Assembly (NCBI GenBank): GCA_963747235.1
Contig: CAVVEU010000017.1
Span: forward strand, 64,001-128,000
Length of the DNA: 64,000 nucleotides
Reading direction: 5' to 3'
Origin: an uncultured Candidatus Rokubacteria bacterium
GTDB lineage: Bacteria > Methylomirabilota > Methylomirabilia > Rokubacteriales > CSP1-6
Shown here piece by piece: positions 53,248 through 63,693 of this stretch (its first letter is position 1; the number at the start of each line of letters is the position of its first letter). The translations under genes were made by a program, and so were the position numbers. The notes below the pieces were generated by a model that worked only from the letters and a program-made list of their open reading frames with translations, was not told the DNA's origin and did no database searches.

Positions 53248-53341
53248 CAGGTGCGATGGTACCCGACAACGGCGACATCGTCCTGCTCGTTGACAACTCT
53301 CCGTCCGGTCCGATACTAATCGATCACAAGGAGGCCACGAC

Positions 53342-53593
53342 ATGCCGCTCTATCTCGACGTGCACAACAAGATCGACGGGCTGACCACCGCCGGTATCGC
53401 GGACGCCCACCGCAAGGATCTGGAGTGCCAGCACAAGCACGGGGTCAACTACTTGAAGTACTGGTTCGACGAGGGGACCGGCAAGGTCTTCTGCCTCGTC
53501 CAGGCACCCAGCAAGGAGGCCGCCGAGGCCGTCCACCGGGAGGCGCACGGCGCCATCGCCGACGAGATCATCGAGGTGAAGGAAGGGAGCTAG
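53342..53593 (+). CDS. DUF4242 (SCO4226-like) protein
   Basis: YLDVH, AHRKDL, YWFDE..GKVFCL..AP..EA...VHREAHG. Confidence 0.9.
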   Translation: MPLYLDVHNKIDGLTTAGIADAHRKDLECQHKHGVNYLKYWFDEGTGKVFCLVQAPSKEAAEAVHREAHGAIADEIIEVKEGS

Positions 53594-56500
53594 CGAGCGC
53601 CGCCGCCAGCGGCTGCATGCCCAGCGCCGTCGCGAGCGTGAGCCCCTCGCGATAGTACTCGTTGGCCTGCTCGAGATCCGGCGCGGGGCCGCTCGCCGCG
53701 ATCTGGCCGAGGAGGCGCAGGGCGTGGGCCTCGTGGCCCCGCTCGCCAAGCCGCCTGGCCAGCTCCAGCGCGCGGACCCCGACGCGCCGCGCGGCACTTC
53801 CATCGCCCGCCAGCACGTACGTCTCGCCGAGCCACACGAGCCGGAGCGCGTGGTTCGCCGCCCACTCCATGTCCTCGGCCCGCTGGACGGCGTCCTCCAG
53901 CAGCCGGAGCCCCTCCTCGGTCCGCCCGGTGAGCGCGTACGCCCGGCCGAGCGGGGCGGCGATGAGCGGGAACAGGAACGGGATGTCGGCCAGCCGGGCG
54001 ATCACGAGTCCTCGCTCCAGCGGCCCGATCGCGTCCTCATGGTTCCCGCCGAGATTGCGCAGCATGCCGGTTCCCGCGTGGGCTATGACGAGGCTGTACG
54101 CGTGATCCTGCGCCTCGGCGATGGCCGTCGCCTCCTCCGCGAGCGCGACGGCCTCCTGCGCGTTCCCGCACTCGGCGGCGCAGAACGCCAGCCAGACGCG
54201 GGACAGGACCGCGGGCAGGCCGGCCATCTCGAACCGCTGGCGCTCGAGGTCGCCTTCGAGCAGCGTCACGGTGCGGGTGAGCGCCTCGGTCGCCTTCGGG
54301 TAGTCGCCGAGTGAGTGGTAGATCTGCCCGAGGCGGTAGGTGGCGATGATCGTCCACCCGAAGTTCGCGAAGCTGGCGGCGAACGTACGCTCGCGGAGGG
54401 CCAGCATCAGGGCGCGGTCGTACTCTCCACGGAACCACAGGTGACCGGCACTCTCCGCACCGCCCATGAAGGCGTCGATGCTCGGCTTGGATCCGGACGA
54501 GCCCAGCTCACGGAGATAGTGCAGGGCCTTCTCCCACATCTCGCCTCGGAAGGCGTGGTGGGCGAGGCGGTCGGCGTGCTCGCTCAGCCGATCCGCATAG
54601 ACGCGCTCGATGGCGCCGACGATCTGGGCGTGGAGCGCGCGGCGCCGGTCGTGCAGCAGGCTGCCGTAGGCCACCTCGTGGGTGAGCGCGTGCTTGAAGG
54701 TGTACTCGAGATCGGGGAAGAGCTTCGCCTCGTAGACGAACTCGGCCGCCTGCAGGCGGGCCAGGCCGGCCCGCAGGTCGTCCTCGGCGTGCTCGGCGGT
54801 CTCGAGCAGCAGGGTCCACGGCAGATCCTTGCCGATGACCGACGCGACCTGGAGGAGGCGCTTGTCGTCGGCCGGCAGGCGGTCGATGCGCGCGGCCAGG
54901 ATCGCCTGGACGGTCGCCGGGATCTGGCTCGCGCCGGGATCCTTGCCGAGCCGGTACGCGCCGCGCTCCCCGACGAGGACCTCCAGCTCGACGAGGGCCC
55001 GGACGCTCTCCTCGAGAAAGAGCGGGTTGCCCTCCGTGCGCTCGATGAGCAGCCGCCGGATCGACTGCAGCGCCGGATGGTCGCCCAGCAACGTCTCCAG
55101 GAGCGCGGCGGCGGTGTCGGGCGGAAGGGAATCGATCCGGAGCTGCCGGTAGTAGCTCTTGTTGCCCCAGGGCTGCTGGTACTCCGGCCGGTAGTTCACC
55201 GCGAGCAGGATGGACGTGGTCGGCAGGCTCTCCACGAGGGCGTCGAGCAGCCCCTGGGTCTCGGCGTCGATCCAGTGGAGATCCTCGAAGACGAGGAGCA
55301 GAGGCTGCGCGCGGCTCTCACGGAGCAGCACGCGCTTGACGGCCTCGAGGGTCCGGGTGCGGCGCGTGGCCGCGTCGAGCCCCATGAACTCGTGGTCCTT
55401 CGGGAGCGCGTCGAGCACCCACAGGAGCGGCGGCAGGCTGTCCTTCAGTCCCTCGTCGAGGGTGAGGACGTTGCCGGTTACCTTGGCGCGTACCGCACGG
55501 ATGTCGTCATGCTCCGCGATCTTGAAGTAGCTCCTGAGCAGGTCGACCGTCGGCAGGTACGGCGTCGCCTTGCCGTACGACACCGAGCTCGACTCGAGCA
55601 CGAGCCAGCCCTCGGTCCGATGGGAGTGGAAGAACTCGTAGAACAGGCGCGATTTGCCGACCCCGGGCTCCCCCAGCACCGCCACGATCTGGCCCCGGCC
55701 GCCGCGGGCCTGCTCGAGCGCCTGGCGGAGCTGCTCGACCTCCGCGTCGCGCCCGACGAAGCGGGTGAGTCCCCGCGCCATCGAGGCCTGCAGCCGCGTG
55801 CGGGCCGTGCCGGTGCCCACGATCTCGTAGACGGGCACGGGCTCGGCCAGGCCCTTGATCGGCGTGGGCCCGAGCGCCTTCACCTGGACGAACCCCTCGG
55901 CTCCCCGCAGGGTGGTGTCGGAGATGAGGGTGGTGCCCGGCCGGGCGAGCTGCTCCATCCGGGCGGCCAGGTGCGTCGTCTGGCCGACCGCCGTGTAGTC
56001 CATGTGGAGGTCGCTGCCGATCGAGCGCACCACGACATCACCGGAGTTGCAGCCGACCCGGATCTGGACATCGACCCCGTGCCGCTTGCGGATGTCCTCG
56101 GCGTAGTGGGCTACCGCGTTCTGCATCCGCAGCGCGGCATAGCACGCCCGCGTCGCGTGGTCCTCGTGCGCCAGCGGCGCCCCGAAGAGCGCCATGATCC
56201 CGTCGCCCATGACCTGATTGACGGTGCCCTCGTAGCGGTGGACGGCCTCCATCATCAGCTTGAGGACCGGATCGATGATCTTCCGCGCTTCTTCCGGATC
56301 CCGGTCCGCGAGCAGCTCCATCGAGCCCTTCAGGTCCGCGAAGAGCACGGTGACCTGCTTGCGCTCGCCCTCCAGCGCGCTCTTCGAGGTGAGGATCTTC
56401 TCCGCGAGGTGCCGGGGAATGTACGTCTCGGGCGGGGCCGACCGCTCCGCGGCCGTGAACGTGGCCACGGCCTGGCCGCACTGCAGACAGAACCGGGCGT

Positions 56501-56612
56501 TGCCGGGCAGCTCCGCGCCACACCCCACGCAGGCCTGCGCCAGGCGGCTGCCGCACCCGAGACAGAACCGAGCGTGGGCTGGGTTGTCCTGCTGGCATCG
56601 GGGACACTTCAT
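53568..56612 (-). CDS. Class III adenylate/guanylate cyclase with double zinc ribbon, STAND ATPase and TPRs
   Basis: Four CxxC, LFADLKGS, MGDGIMALFG, GEPGVGKS, FEDLHWID, GNPLFLEE. Confidence 0.95.
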   Translation of the reverse strand: MKCPRCQQDNPAHARFCLGCGSRLAQACVGCGAELPGNARFCLQCGQAVATFTAAERSAPPETYIPRHLAEKILTSKSALEGERKQVTVLFADLKGSMELLADRDPEEARKIIDPVLKLMMEAVHRYEGTVNQVMGDGIMALFGAPLAHEDHATRACYAALRMQNAVAHYAEDIRKRHGVDVQIRVGCNSGDVVVRSIGSDLHMDYTAVGQTTHLAARMEQLARPGTTLISDTTLRGAEGFVQVKALGPTPIKGLAEPVPVYEIVGTGTARTRLQASMARGLTRFVGRDAEVEQLRQALEQARGGRGQIVAVLGEPGVGKSRLFYEFFHSHRTEGWLVLESSSVSYGKATPYLPTVDLLRSYFKIAEHDDIRAVRAKVTGNVLTLDEGLKDSLPPLLWVLDALPKDHEFMGLDAATRRTRTLEAVKRVLLRESRAQPLLLVFEDLHWIDAETQGLLDALVESLPTTSILLAVNYRPEYQQPWGNKSYYRQLRIDSLPPDTAAALLETLLGDHPALQSIRRLLIERTEGNPLFLEESVRALVELEVLVGERGAYRLGKDPGASQIPATVQAILAARIDRLPADDKRLLQVASVIGKDLPWTLLLETAEHAEDDLRAGLARLQAAEFVYEAKLFPDLEYTFKHALTHEVAYGSLLHDRRRALHAQIVGAIERVYADRLSEHADRLAHHAFRGEMWEKALHYLRELGSSGSKPSIDAFMGGAESAGHLWFRGEYDRALMLALRERTFAASFANFGWTIIATYRLGQIYHSLGDYPKATEALTRTVTLLEGDLERQRFEMAGLPAVLSRVWLAFCAAECGNAQEAVALAEEATAIAEAQDHAYSLVIAHAGTGMLRNLGGNHEDAIGPLERGLVIARLADIPFLFPLIAAPLGRAYALTGRTEEGLRLLEDAVQRAEDMEWAANHALRLVWLGETYVLAGDGSAARRVGVRALELARRLGERGHEAHALRLLGQIAASGPAPDLEQANEYYREGLTLATALGMQPLAAALASSLPSPR

Positions 56613-56674
56613 GCAGGGATCCTAGCATCGGATCGCGCGCGAAGCCCTGGCGCCGGGAGGAGGCCGCTTCGCCG

Positions 56675-56806
56675 TCAGGCCCTTCTCACCGGCTGGGGCA
56701 CCCTGGCGGGCGCACTCGTCACCCAGGGCCTGCCATGGGTCTTCGCGACGAACCATGCCCCCTCGTGGAAGGTGTAGTAGCGCCCGCCGTACGCGAAGAA
56801 GTTCAT
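56675..56806 (-). pseudogene. Aromatic-rich gene fragment or small ORF (43 aa)
   Basis: MNFFAYGGRYYTFHEGAWFVAKTHGRPWVTSAPARVPQPV; coding-like but appears 5'-truncated. Confidence 0.5.
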
Positions 56807-56911
56807 GCCGGCGCCCGGCGCAGAGGGATGTCGCATGAGGAGAGCCTCCTGGCGCTAGTGAGTGCATAGGGCCGGACTAGCAATGCGGCGACACCTGGTC
56901 CTAGAATCAAC

Positions 56912-58054
56912 GTGATGAGCGGTGGCGTCCGCTTCGACCGAGTGGACCAGCTGCGCGGCATCGCGGCCCTCGCGGTCGTCATCTGCCACGCGAGCGTCTC
57001 GGCATACGACACCGCGCCCAATCTCGACGGCGGGCCGTGGCCCTGGCTGGCCTTCACGCTCGGATTCGGCTATCTCGGCGTGCCGCTCTTCTTCGTGATC
57101 AGCGGCTTCTGCATTCACCTGCCATACGCGCGGGCCCTCGCGTCGGGCGAGCCCGTCCCGGCACCCGCGTGGCGGCGCTTCTTCGCGCGCCGATTCTGGC
57201 GTCTCTACCCGCCCTATCTCGCGGCCATGGGATTCGCCCTGGTGCTCCTGTCGCTGGTGAACGCGCGGCCGCCGGTCTCGTGGCTGACGCTCGCGGCCCA
57301 GGCCTTCCTCGTCCACACGTTCCACCCGGCGAGCTTCGACGGCATCAACCCGCCGGCCTGGACGCTGGCCGTGGAGGCCCAGCTCTATCTCGCCTATCCC
57401 GTGGTCTTCTGGCTCATGGCCCGGCGCGGCGCCGTCCGCGCGCTCGCCGCCGTCCTCGGCGTGACGATGCTCTACCGCCTCGGCGTCACGGTGGTGCCGC
57501 TGGCGGCCTTCGGCGGCCTCGCGTGGGAATTCTTCCTCGCGCGCTGGTTCGAGTGGGTGCTGGGCGCGGTGATCGCGGAGTGGGCGGTGGGGCGGCTCAC
57601 GCTGCCCCGCGTGGTCTTCCGGCCCGAGACGGCGGCCCTCGCCCTCGGCCTCGCCGTGCTGTTCGAGTGGCAGACGTGGCGCTACGGGCTCTACTCACTC
57701 AAGGAGCCGCTCTACGGCATCGCCTTCGCGCTGCTCCTGTGCGTCGCCCTGCACCGCGAGCGCGGTGGCCGCGCGTCGGCCGTCGGCCGCTCCCTGGCCG
57801 CGCTCGGCGTCTGCTCCTACAGCCTCTACCTGCTGCACCGGCCCATCCAGCTCGCCGTCGAGCCGCTCGCCCGGGACGTGGCGACGTGGCCCCTCGTCCT
57901 CGCGTACGGCATTCCCTCGAGCCTGCTCATCATGAGCGCGACGATGCCGATCGTGCTCGGGGCCGCGTGGCTGTTCTATCGCTACTGCGAAGCCCCGTGC
58001 GTGGTCCGGGCGCAGCGCGCGGGACACGCCGAGGTGAGCAGCCCGGCTGCGTGA
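56912..58054 (+). CDS. Acyltransferase_3 (OafA/YrhL-like) membrane O-acyltransferase
   Basis: DQLRGIA, GVPLFFVISGF, RRFWRLYP, WTLAVE, SYSLYLLH. Confidence 0.93.
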   Translation: MMSGGVRFDRVDQLRGIAALAVVICHASVSAYDTAPNLDGGPWPWLAFTLGFGYLGVPLFFVISGFCIHLPYARALASGEPVPAPAWRRFFARRFWRLYPPYLAAMGFALVLLSLVNARPPVSWLTLAAQAFLVHTFHPASFDGINPPAWTLAVEAQLYLAYPVVFWLMARRGAVRALAAVLGVTMLYRLGVTVVPLAAFGGLAWEFFLARWFEWVLGAVIAEWAVGRLTLPRVVFRPETAALALGLAVLFEWQTWRYGLYSLKEPLYGIAFALLLCVALHRERGGRASAVGRSLAALGVCSYSLYLLHRPIQLAVEPLARDVATWPLVLAYGIPSSLLIMSATMPIVLGAAWLFYRYCEAPCVVRAQRAGHAEVSSPAA

Positions 58055-58096
58055 CCTGGACGCGGTGCGAAGGCTTATGGCAGACTCGGCCCCGCC

Positions 58097-60058
58097 ATGA
58101 AAGCCCTCGACCCCGACCGCCCGCGCCTCCCGTCCCGAGCTCGACGTGCACCTCACCGAGAACGTGATGGTCCCCATGCGCGACGGCGTCCGCATGGCGA
58201 CCGACATCTACCGCCCGGCCCGCGACGGCCGGCCGCTCGGCCGACCGCCGCCCCGTCCTCCTGCACCGCACGCCCTACAACAAGATCGAGACCGAGGCCA
58301 CCTCCGGCCAGTGCCGCTACTTCGCCGCGCGCGGCTACGTGGTGGTGAACCAGGACTGCCGCGGCTGCTTCGGCTCCGAGGGCGACGTGAACTTCCTGAT
58401 CCCCGAGGCCGAGGACGGCGCCGACACCATCGCCTGGATCCGCACGCAGGAGTGGTGCGACGGCACGGTGGGCACCTTCGGGACTTCGTGGTCCGGCTGG
58501 ACGCAGACCGCCCTGGCCGCGCTCGGGCCCGAGGGCCTCGCCACCATGGTGGCGAACATGAGCGGCGCCGACGCCCACGAGAGCAGCGTCCGCCACGGCG
58601 GCGCGCTCGAGCTGCGCTTCCTCGCCTGGGCCTTCTGGCACTCGGCCTACAACACCCAGGCCGCCCTGACCGCGCCGCCCCACGTGCAGGCCGCGCTCAA
58701 CCAGGGCGCCCCGCGCTTCTCCGACTGGCTCGAGCGCATGCCCATCCGCCCCGGCCAGACCCAGCTCGCCCTCGTGCCGCCCTACGAGAAGTGGGCGCTC
58801 GAGATCCTCACCCGCGCCGACTACGACGACTACTGGAAGCACCCGAGCGTGGACTTCCGCGCGCGCACTGGGACCGCTTCCCCGACATGCCGATCCTCCT
58901 GGTGGGCGGCTGGTACGACTCCTACACGCGCGCCACCTTCCAGAACTTCGTCGGCCTGGGCGCCGGCGGGCGGCGGCCGGTGCGCGCCCTGATGGGCCCG
59001 TGGACCCACGGCGGCGAAGACCATGGAGCTCTCCTACGCCGGCGACGTGGAGTTCGGCCAGCGACGCCGCGCTGCCGAGCTTCGACGAGCTGCACCTGCG
59101 CTGGTACGACCGGTGGCTGCGCGGCGTGGACAACGGCCTCGACGCGGAGGCGCCGCTGCGCATCTTCGTGATGGGCGGCGGCTCGGGCCGGCGCTCGGGC
59201 GCGGGCCGGCTCGTGCACGGCGGCCGCTGGCGCGACGAGCACGAGTGGCCGCTGGCCCGCACGCGGTTCACCGACTTCTACCTGCACGGCGACGGGTCGC
59301 TCGACACGGAGCCGCCGCGCGAGGAGCGCTCCGCCACCACCTACCGGTTCGACCCGGCCCGCCCCGTGCCGTCCATCGGCGGCAACGTGTCGTCGCTGCG
59401 CGACGTGCTGCCGCTGCCCGCCGGCCTCGCGGACCCGAGCTACGCCGGCCGCGGCGAGCGCACGGTCGACATCATGCGCCCGGGCGGCTTCGACCAGCGC
59501 GAGGCGCCCGGCTTCCACGGCTGCCGCCCGCCCTACCTGCCGCTGGGCTCGCGGCCCGACGTGCTGGTGTTCCAGACCGAGCCCCTGCGCGAGCCCACCG
59601 AGGTGACCGGCCCCATCGAGGTCGTCCTGTGGGTGGCCACCTCCGCGGTGGACACCGACTTCACCGCCAAGCTGATCGACGTCTACCCGCCGAGCGCGTG
59701 GTACCCGCAGGGCTATGCGCTGAACCTGACCGACAGCATCGCGCGGCTCCGCTACCGCAACGGCCGCGAGCGGGGCGAGCTGGTCACGCCGGGCGAGCCC
59801 GTGCAGGTGACGCTCACGCTCTATCCGACGAGCAACCTGTTCATGCCGGGGCACCGGATCCGCCTCGACGTGTCGAGCTCGAACTTCCCGCGGTTCGACG
59901 TGAATCCGAACACGGGGGAGGCGATCGGGCGGGAGCGGCGGCGGGTGGTGGCGGACAACACCGTGTTCCACGAGCGCGGGCGGGAGTCGCGGGTGGTGCT
60001 GCCGATCATCCCGATCGGGTCCACCTCGACAAGTGGCTTATCTCGCAGTAATCTATAG
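58097..60058 (+). CDS. CocE/NonD family serine hydrolase (about 5 frameshifts)
   Basis: MRDGVRMATDIYRP, RTPYNK, GTSW, GGWYD, GPWTHG, SSSNFPRFD. Confidence 0.88.
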
Positions 60059-60098
60059 CGGTTCGAGCCGATTCGATGCCCGCCAGGAGGACGCCTCG

Positions 60099-60281
60099 AT
60101 GGCAGTCAGCCCTAGAATGTTGGCCCTGATCAAGAAGATCGAAGCCGCCGACGCAGAGCATTTCGCCCGTCTCCGCAAGAGCGCGAAGCAAGACAAGGAA
60201 GCCAAGACACTCGCCAAGACGAGGGCCACAGCCCGCTCCGCCGAAGCACGCATCGTCGCCAAGCAGCGGAAAGCTTCGTGA
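60099..60281 (+). CDS. Small basic Lys/Ala-rich protein (60 aa)
   Basis: AGGAGG RBS; TCGACA-N17-TAATCT promoter at 60026-60054. Confidence 0.65.
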   Translation: MAVSPRMLALIKKIEAADAEHFARLRKSAKQDKEAKTLAKTRATARSAEARIVAKQRKAS

Positions 60282-60301
60282 CCAGGAGCTACCTCCTCAC
60301 C

Positions 60302-60478
60302 TCATCCCTTACGTCTTGACCCGCCCCGGGCTTTGTCAGGCCGCGTTCGAGTCTTCTGGCTGGCCCGCTGAGAGGGATCCGCTGCCGCTTTCGCCTTGAG
60401 TAGATCGGAAACAACATCGTCAAAGGCCAGGCGGTATAGAGGCGGAGCCGTGCTGTGTCGGACGGTGGGTGTCTTCAC
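60302..60478 (-). CDS. Small basic protein (58 aa), leaderless
   Basis: VKTPTVRHSTAPPLYRLAFDDVVSDLLKAKAAADPSQRASQKTRTRPDKARGGSRRKG; TAGACT 6 nt before GTG. Confidence 0.55.
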   Translation of the reverse strand: MKTPTVRHSTAPPLYRLAFDDVVSDLLKAKAAADPSQRASQKTRTRPDKARGGSRRKG

Positions 60479-60538
60479 GTGTCCAGTCTACACGGCTTCT
60501 CGGCCCATCCACCTGACCCACCGGCAAGGGAGGAAGCC

Positions 60539-61477
60539 ATGAAGTTCGGGATCCACATCGGGCACATGGGTGGGCCACTCGGCGAGATGCGCAAGCTGTG
60601 GCAGTTCGCCGACGCCAAGGGCTTCGACTGGTTCTCGGTATCCGACCACTTTCAGGAATCGCCGCCCCGCGGTGGGGACATGCACTGCTACGAGGCGATC
60701 GCGACCCTGACCGCGGCCGCCATGGACACGCAGCGCATCCGGCTGGGCAGCGGCGTCTACTGCGTCGCGTACCGCAATCCCGGGCTGCTCGCCAAGTCGC
60801 TCACCACCATCGACCATCTGTCGAACGGCCGCGTCGACTGCGGGCTCGGCGCGGGCTGGCACGACGTCGAGGCGAAGGCCTACGGCTTCCCGTTTCCGTC
60901 CATCGGCCCCCGCGAGGACATGCTCGAGGAGTACGCCCAGATCATGCGCCTCCTCCTGGATCCGGAGCAGCCGCGCGCGAACTTCGAGGGGAAGCACTTC
61001 CGGGTGGTGGACGCCCCGAACAATCCCAAGCCGCTGCAGCCCCGCATTCCCATCTGGATCGGCGGCCGCGGCGAGAAGCGCACGCTCCGGGCGGCCGCGA
61101 AGTACGCCGACGGCTGGAACGGGGCCTACATCGGCCCGGACGACTGGAAGCACAAGAGCCAGGTGCTCGACCAGTGGTGCGAGAAGGAGGGGCGCGACCC
61201 GAAGACGATCATGCGCACCGTGAATCTCGGCTTCTATCTCGGGGCCGACGCGAAGGGCGCGGCGCGGGCCGACGAGGTGTTCCGCGGGCACTGGGGCGAC
61301 AGCCCCGACCGCGCCGACCGCACCGGCTACCTGCGGGGCACGGTGGCGGAGGCGCGGGGCATGGTGGACGAGTTCCGCGCGCTCGGCTGCACGCGGCTCA
61401 GCATCGCGCTCCGCGAAGGGCCCTACGACTGGGAGGCGCTCGAGGCGTTCGCCGCCGAGATCGTGCGCTCGACCTAA
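60539..61477 (+). CDS. LLM class oxidoreductase (F420-dependent-like subgroup)
   Basis: VSDHF, YRNPGLLAK, GLGAGW, WIGGRGEKRTL. Confidence 0.92.
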   Translation: MKFGIHIGHMGGPLGEMRKLWQFADAKGFDWFSVSDHFQESPPRGGDMHCYEAIATLTAAAMDTQRIRLGSGVYCVAYRNPGLLAKSLTTIDHLSNGRVDCGLGAGWHDVEAKAYGFPFPSIGPREDMLEEYAQIMRLLLDPEQPRANFEGKHFRVVDAPNNPKPLQPRIPIWIGGRGEKRTLRAAAKYADGWNGAYIGPDDWKHKSQVLDQWCEKEGRDPKTIMRTVNLGFYLGADAKGAARADEVFRGHWGDSPDRADRTGYLRGTVAEARGMVDEFRALGCTRLSIALREGPYDWEALEAFAAEIVRST

Positions 61478-61512
61478 GCCCGAACCAAGCCCGAACCAAG
61501 GAGGATCGAGCC

Positions 61513-61668
61513 ATGAACATCAGCATCGCTCACCTGCATGCCATCGTTGCGATCGTGTTTGGAATACTCATCTTCGCTGTTCCACGGCTGCTGAGCTACC
61601 TCGTGGCCATCTACTTGATTCTGACCGGCTTGATTGGCCTTGGCATCGGCCTGCACATGCCACGCTGA
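61513..61668 (+). CDS. DUF3096 small membrane protein (51 aa)
   Basis: GILIFAVPRLLSYLVAIYLILTGLIGL; AAGGAGG RBS. Confidence 0.88.
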   Translation: MNISIAHLHAIVAIVFGILIFAVPRLLSYLVAIYLILTGLIGLGIGLHMPR

Positions 61669-61682
61669 CGACCTATCGTTTC

Positions 61683-61724
61683 CCGGAGTCGCTCCTCCTG
61701 CGGGCGGATCCGGTCATCGAGTGA
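61683..61724 (+). pseudogene. Orphan C-terminal stub of ABC_sub_bind-type substrate-binding protein
   Basis: PESLLLRADPVIE-stop. Confidence 0.6.
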
Positions 61725-61793
61725 TAGGCTGCAGAGCACTCCGGAGCAGGTGCCGGGGGCCGAGGTAGGCGCGACCGAGACAGGAGGACAGCC

Positions 61794-62324
61794 ATGGAAC
61801 TCATCAGCCGGATCCTGGACGGCTCGATTTCCTACGATCCTGAAGGTCGCCTGGAACCCGTGTCCGCGGGCGTCGGGGCCAAGCAGGACGACAAGATTGA
61901 GCGGCTCAAGGAAGTGCCGCTCTTCGAGGCCTGCAGCCAGCGACAGCTCCGGAGTGTCGCCAAGATCGCCCGGGTCTTCGACGTCGCGGCCGGCACCGTC
62001 CTGACCCGTGCCGGCGAGCCCGGCGACGAGTTCTTCCTGCTCCTTGATGGGACCGCGCGAGTCGTGGTGTCCGCGGAGAAGCACGTGCCCGTCCACCCCG
62101 GCGAGTTCTTCGGCGAGATGAGCTTGCTGGATGGGGGTCCGCGGTCTGCGACCGTCGTCGCGGATACACCGATCCGCCTCCTCGTCATCAGCCGCCGGCA
62201 CTTCTCCGGGCTTCTCAAGGACGTGCCCGGGCTCACCCCAACCCTGCTGGTGACTCTCTCGAAGCGTGTCCGGCAGGCGGAGGAACGTGCGGAACGGCTC
62301 GGGTCCGCTTCGGCGGGACTCTGA
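61794..62324 (+). CDS. Stand-alone cyclic nucleotide-binding domain protein
   Basis: VPLF, GEPGDEFF, FGEMSLLDGGPRSATV. Confidence 0.92.
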   Translation: MELISRILDGSISYDPEGRLEPVSAGVGAKQDDKIERLKEVPLFEACSQRQLRSVAKIARVFDVAAGTVLTRAGEPGDEFFLLLDGTARVVVSAEKHVPVHPGEFFGEMSLLDGGPRSATVVADTPIRLLVISRRHFSGLLKDVPGLTPTLLVTLSKRVRQAEERAERLGSASAGL

Positions 62325-62357
62325 ACGACAACCACGGCTGAGCGGAGGAGACGTCCA

Positions 62358-63641
62358 ATGAGAATGCGGATCGCCATCCTGGTCGCGCTGCTGTACCTGT
62401 CTGGTGCTGTCGTTGCCCAAGCCCAGAGCCTGCCGGTTGCCACGCCCGAGCAGGTCGGGCTATCGACCGAGCGGCTCAACAAGATCACGGCGACGCTCCG
62501 CGCTGATGTCGAGAAGGGGGTCATTCCGGGAGCGATCCTGCTGGTTGGTCGCCACGGCAAGGTCGCCTTGTTCGACGCGGTCGGGGTGCGCGATCCGGCG
62601 ACCAAGGCCCCGATGACGAAGGACTCGATCTTCCGCATCTACTCGATGAGCAAGCCGATCACCTCGGTGGCGGCGATGCTCCTCTTCGAGGACGGCAAGT
62701 TCTCTCTGGCCGACCCCGTCTCGAAGTACATCCCGCAGCTGGGCGGCCTCAAGGTCGGCGTCGAGAAGCCCGATCCCAGTGGCGGCAAGCCCAGCCTCGA
62801 GCTGGTACCGGCCAGGCGTGACATGACCATCCAGGATCTCTTTCGCCACACCTCAGGCCTGACCTATGGCTTCTTCGGCGAGGGCATCGTGAAGAAGATG
62901 TACGCCGAGACGAAGGTCTGGAACGACTACCCCTCCAACGCCGAGCTGGTCGACCGTCTCGCCAAGCTGCCGCTGGCGTATCAACCGGGCACCACGTGGG
63001 ACTACAGCCACTCGACCGACGTGCTCGGGCGAGTCATCGAAGTGATCTCGAGCAAATCGCTCTATCAATTCGAGAAAGAGCGCCTCCTGGACCCGCTCGG
63101 CCTGAAGGACACGAGCTTCTACGTGAGCGACAAGAGCAAGCAGGATCGGATCGCCGAGGCGTTCCCGAACGACCGGACCTTTGGCGTCGATGCCGACTTC
63201 AACGACCCGCGCGTCGTACAGAAGTGGGAGTCTGGCGGCGGCGGCATGGTCAGCACGGCCATGGACTATGCGCGCTTCCTCCAGATGTTGCTCAACGGCG
63301 GCGCGCTCGACGGCAAGCGGATCCTGGGCCCGAAGACCGTGGCGTACATGACCGCCGACCACCTTGGCCCCGCGATCGCGCCGGGCCGCTACTACCTGCC
63401 GGGCGCCGGGTTCGCTTTCGGGCTCGGCTTCGCGGTGCGGAAGGATGCCGGCGTGTCGCCCTATGCCGGGTCGGTCGGTGAGCTCAACTGGGGTGGGGCC
63501 GGCGGCACCTACTTCTGGGTCGACCCGAAGGAGGACCTGTTCGTGGTCTTCATGATGCAATCACCCAAGCAGCGCGTCTACTATCGCAGCGTGCTCAAGG
63601 ACATGATCTACGCGGCGGTCGTGAAGCCCGCCGCAAGATAG
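62358..63641 (+). CDS. Exported serine hydrolase, beta-lactamase/class C esterase family
   Basis: [19 protein letters not shown]; signal peptide. Confidence 0.93.
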   Translation: MRMRIAILVALLYLSGAVVAQAQSLPVATPEQVGLSTERLNKITATLRADVEKGVIPGAILLVGRHGKVALFDAVGVRDPATKAPMTKDSIFRIYSMSKPITSVAAMLLFEDGKFSLADPVSKYIPQLGGLKVGVEKPDPSGGKPSLELVPARRDMTIQDLFRHTSGLTYGFFGEGIVKKMYAETKVWNDYPSNAELVDRLAKLPLAYQPGTTWDYSHSTDVLGRVIEVISSKSLYQFEKERLLDPLGLKDTSFYVSDKSKQDRIAEAFPNDRTFGVDADFNDPRVVQKWESGGGGMVSTAMDYARFLQMLLNGGALDGKRILGPKTVAYMTADHLGPAIAPGRYYLPGAGFAFGLGFAVRKDAGVSPYAGSVGELNWGGAGGTYFWVDPKEDLFVVFMMQSPKQRVYYRSVLKDMIYAAVVKPAAR

Positions 63642-63693
63642 AGAACGCACGAGTGGGGGCGGGAGTCGCGCCCCTTGCTTCGATGAATCCCAG

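Noticed and set aside
61476-61500. 11-bp tandem AAGCCCGAACC x2
   Set aside because: Only two copies with no sign of function
62358-63641. Antibiotic-resistance beta-lactamase
   Set aside because: SxxK and Tyr with WGG rather than KTG fits the broad esterase/serine hydrolase group
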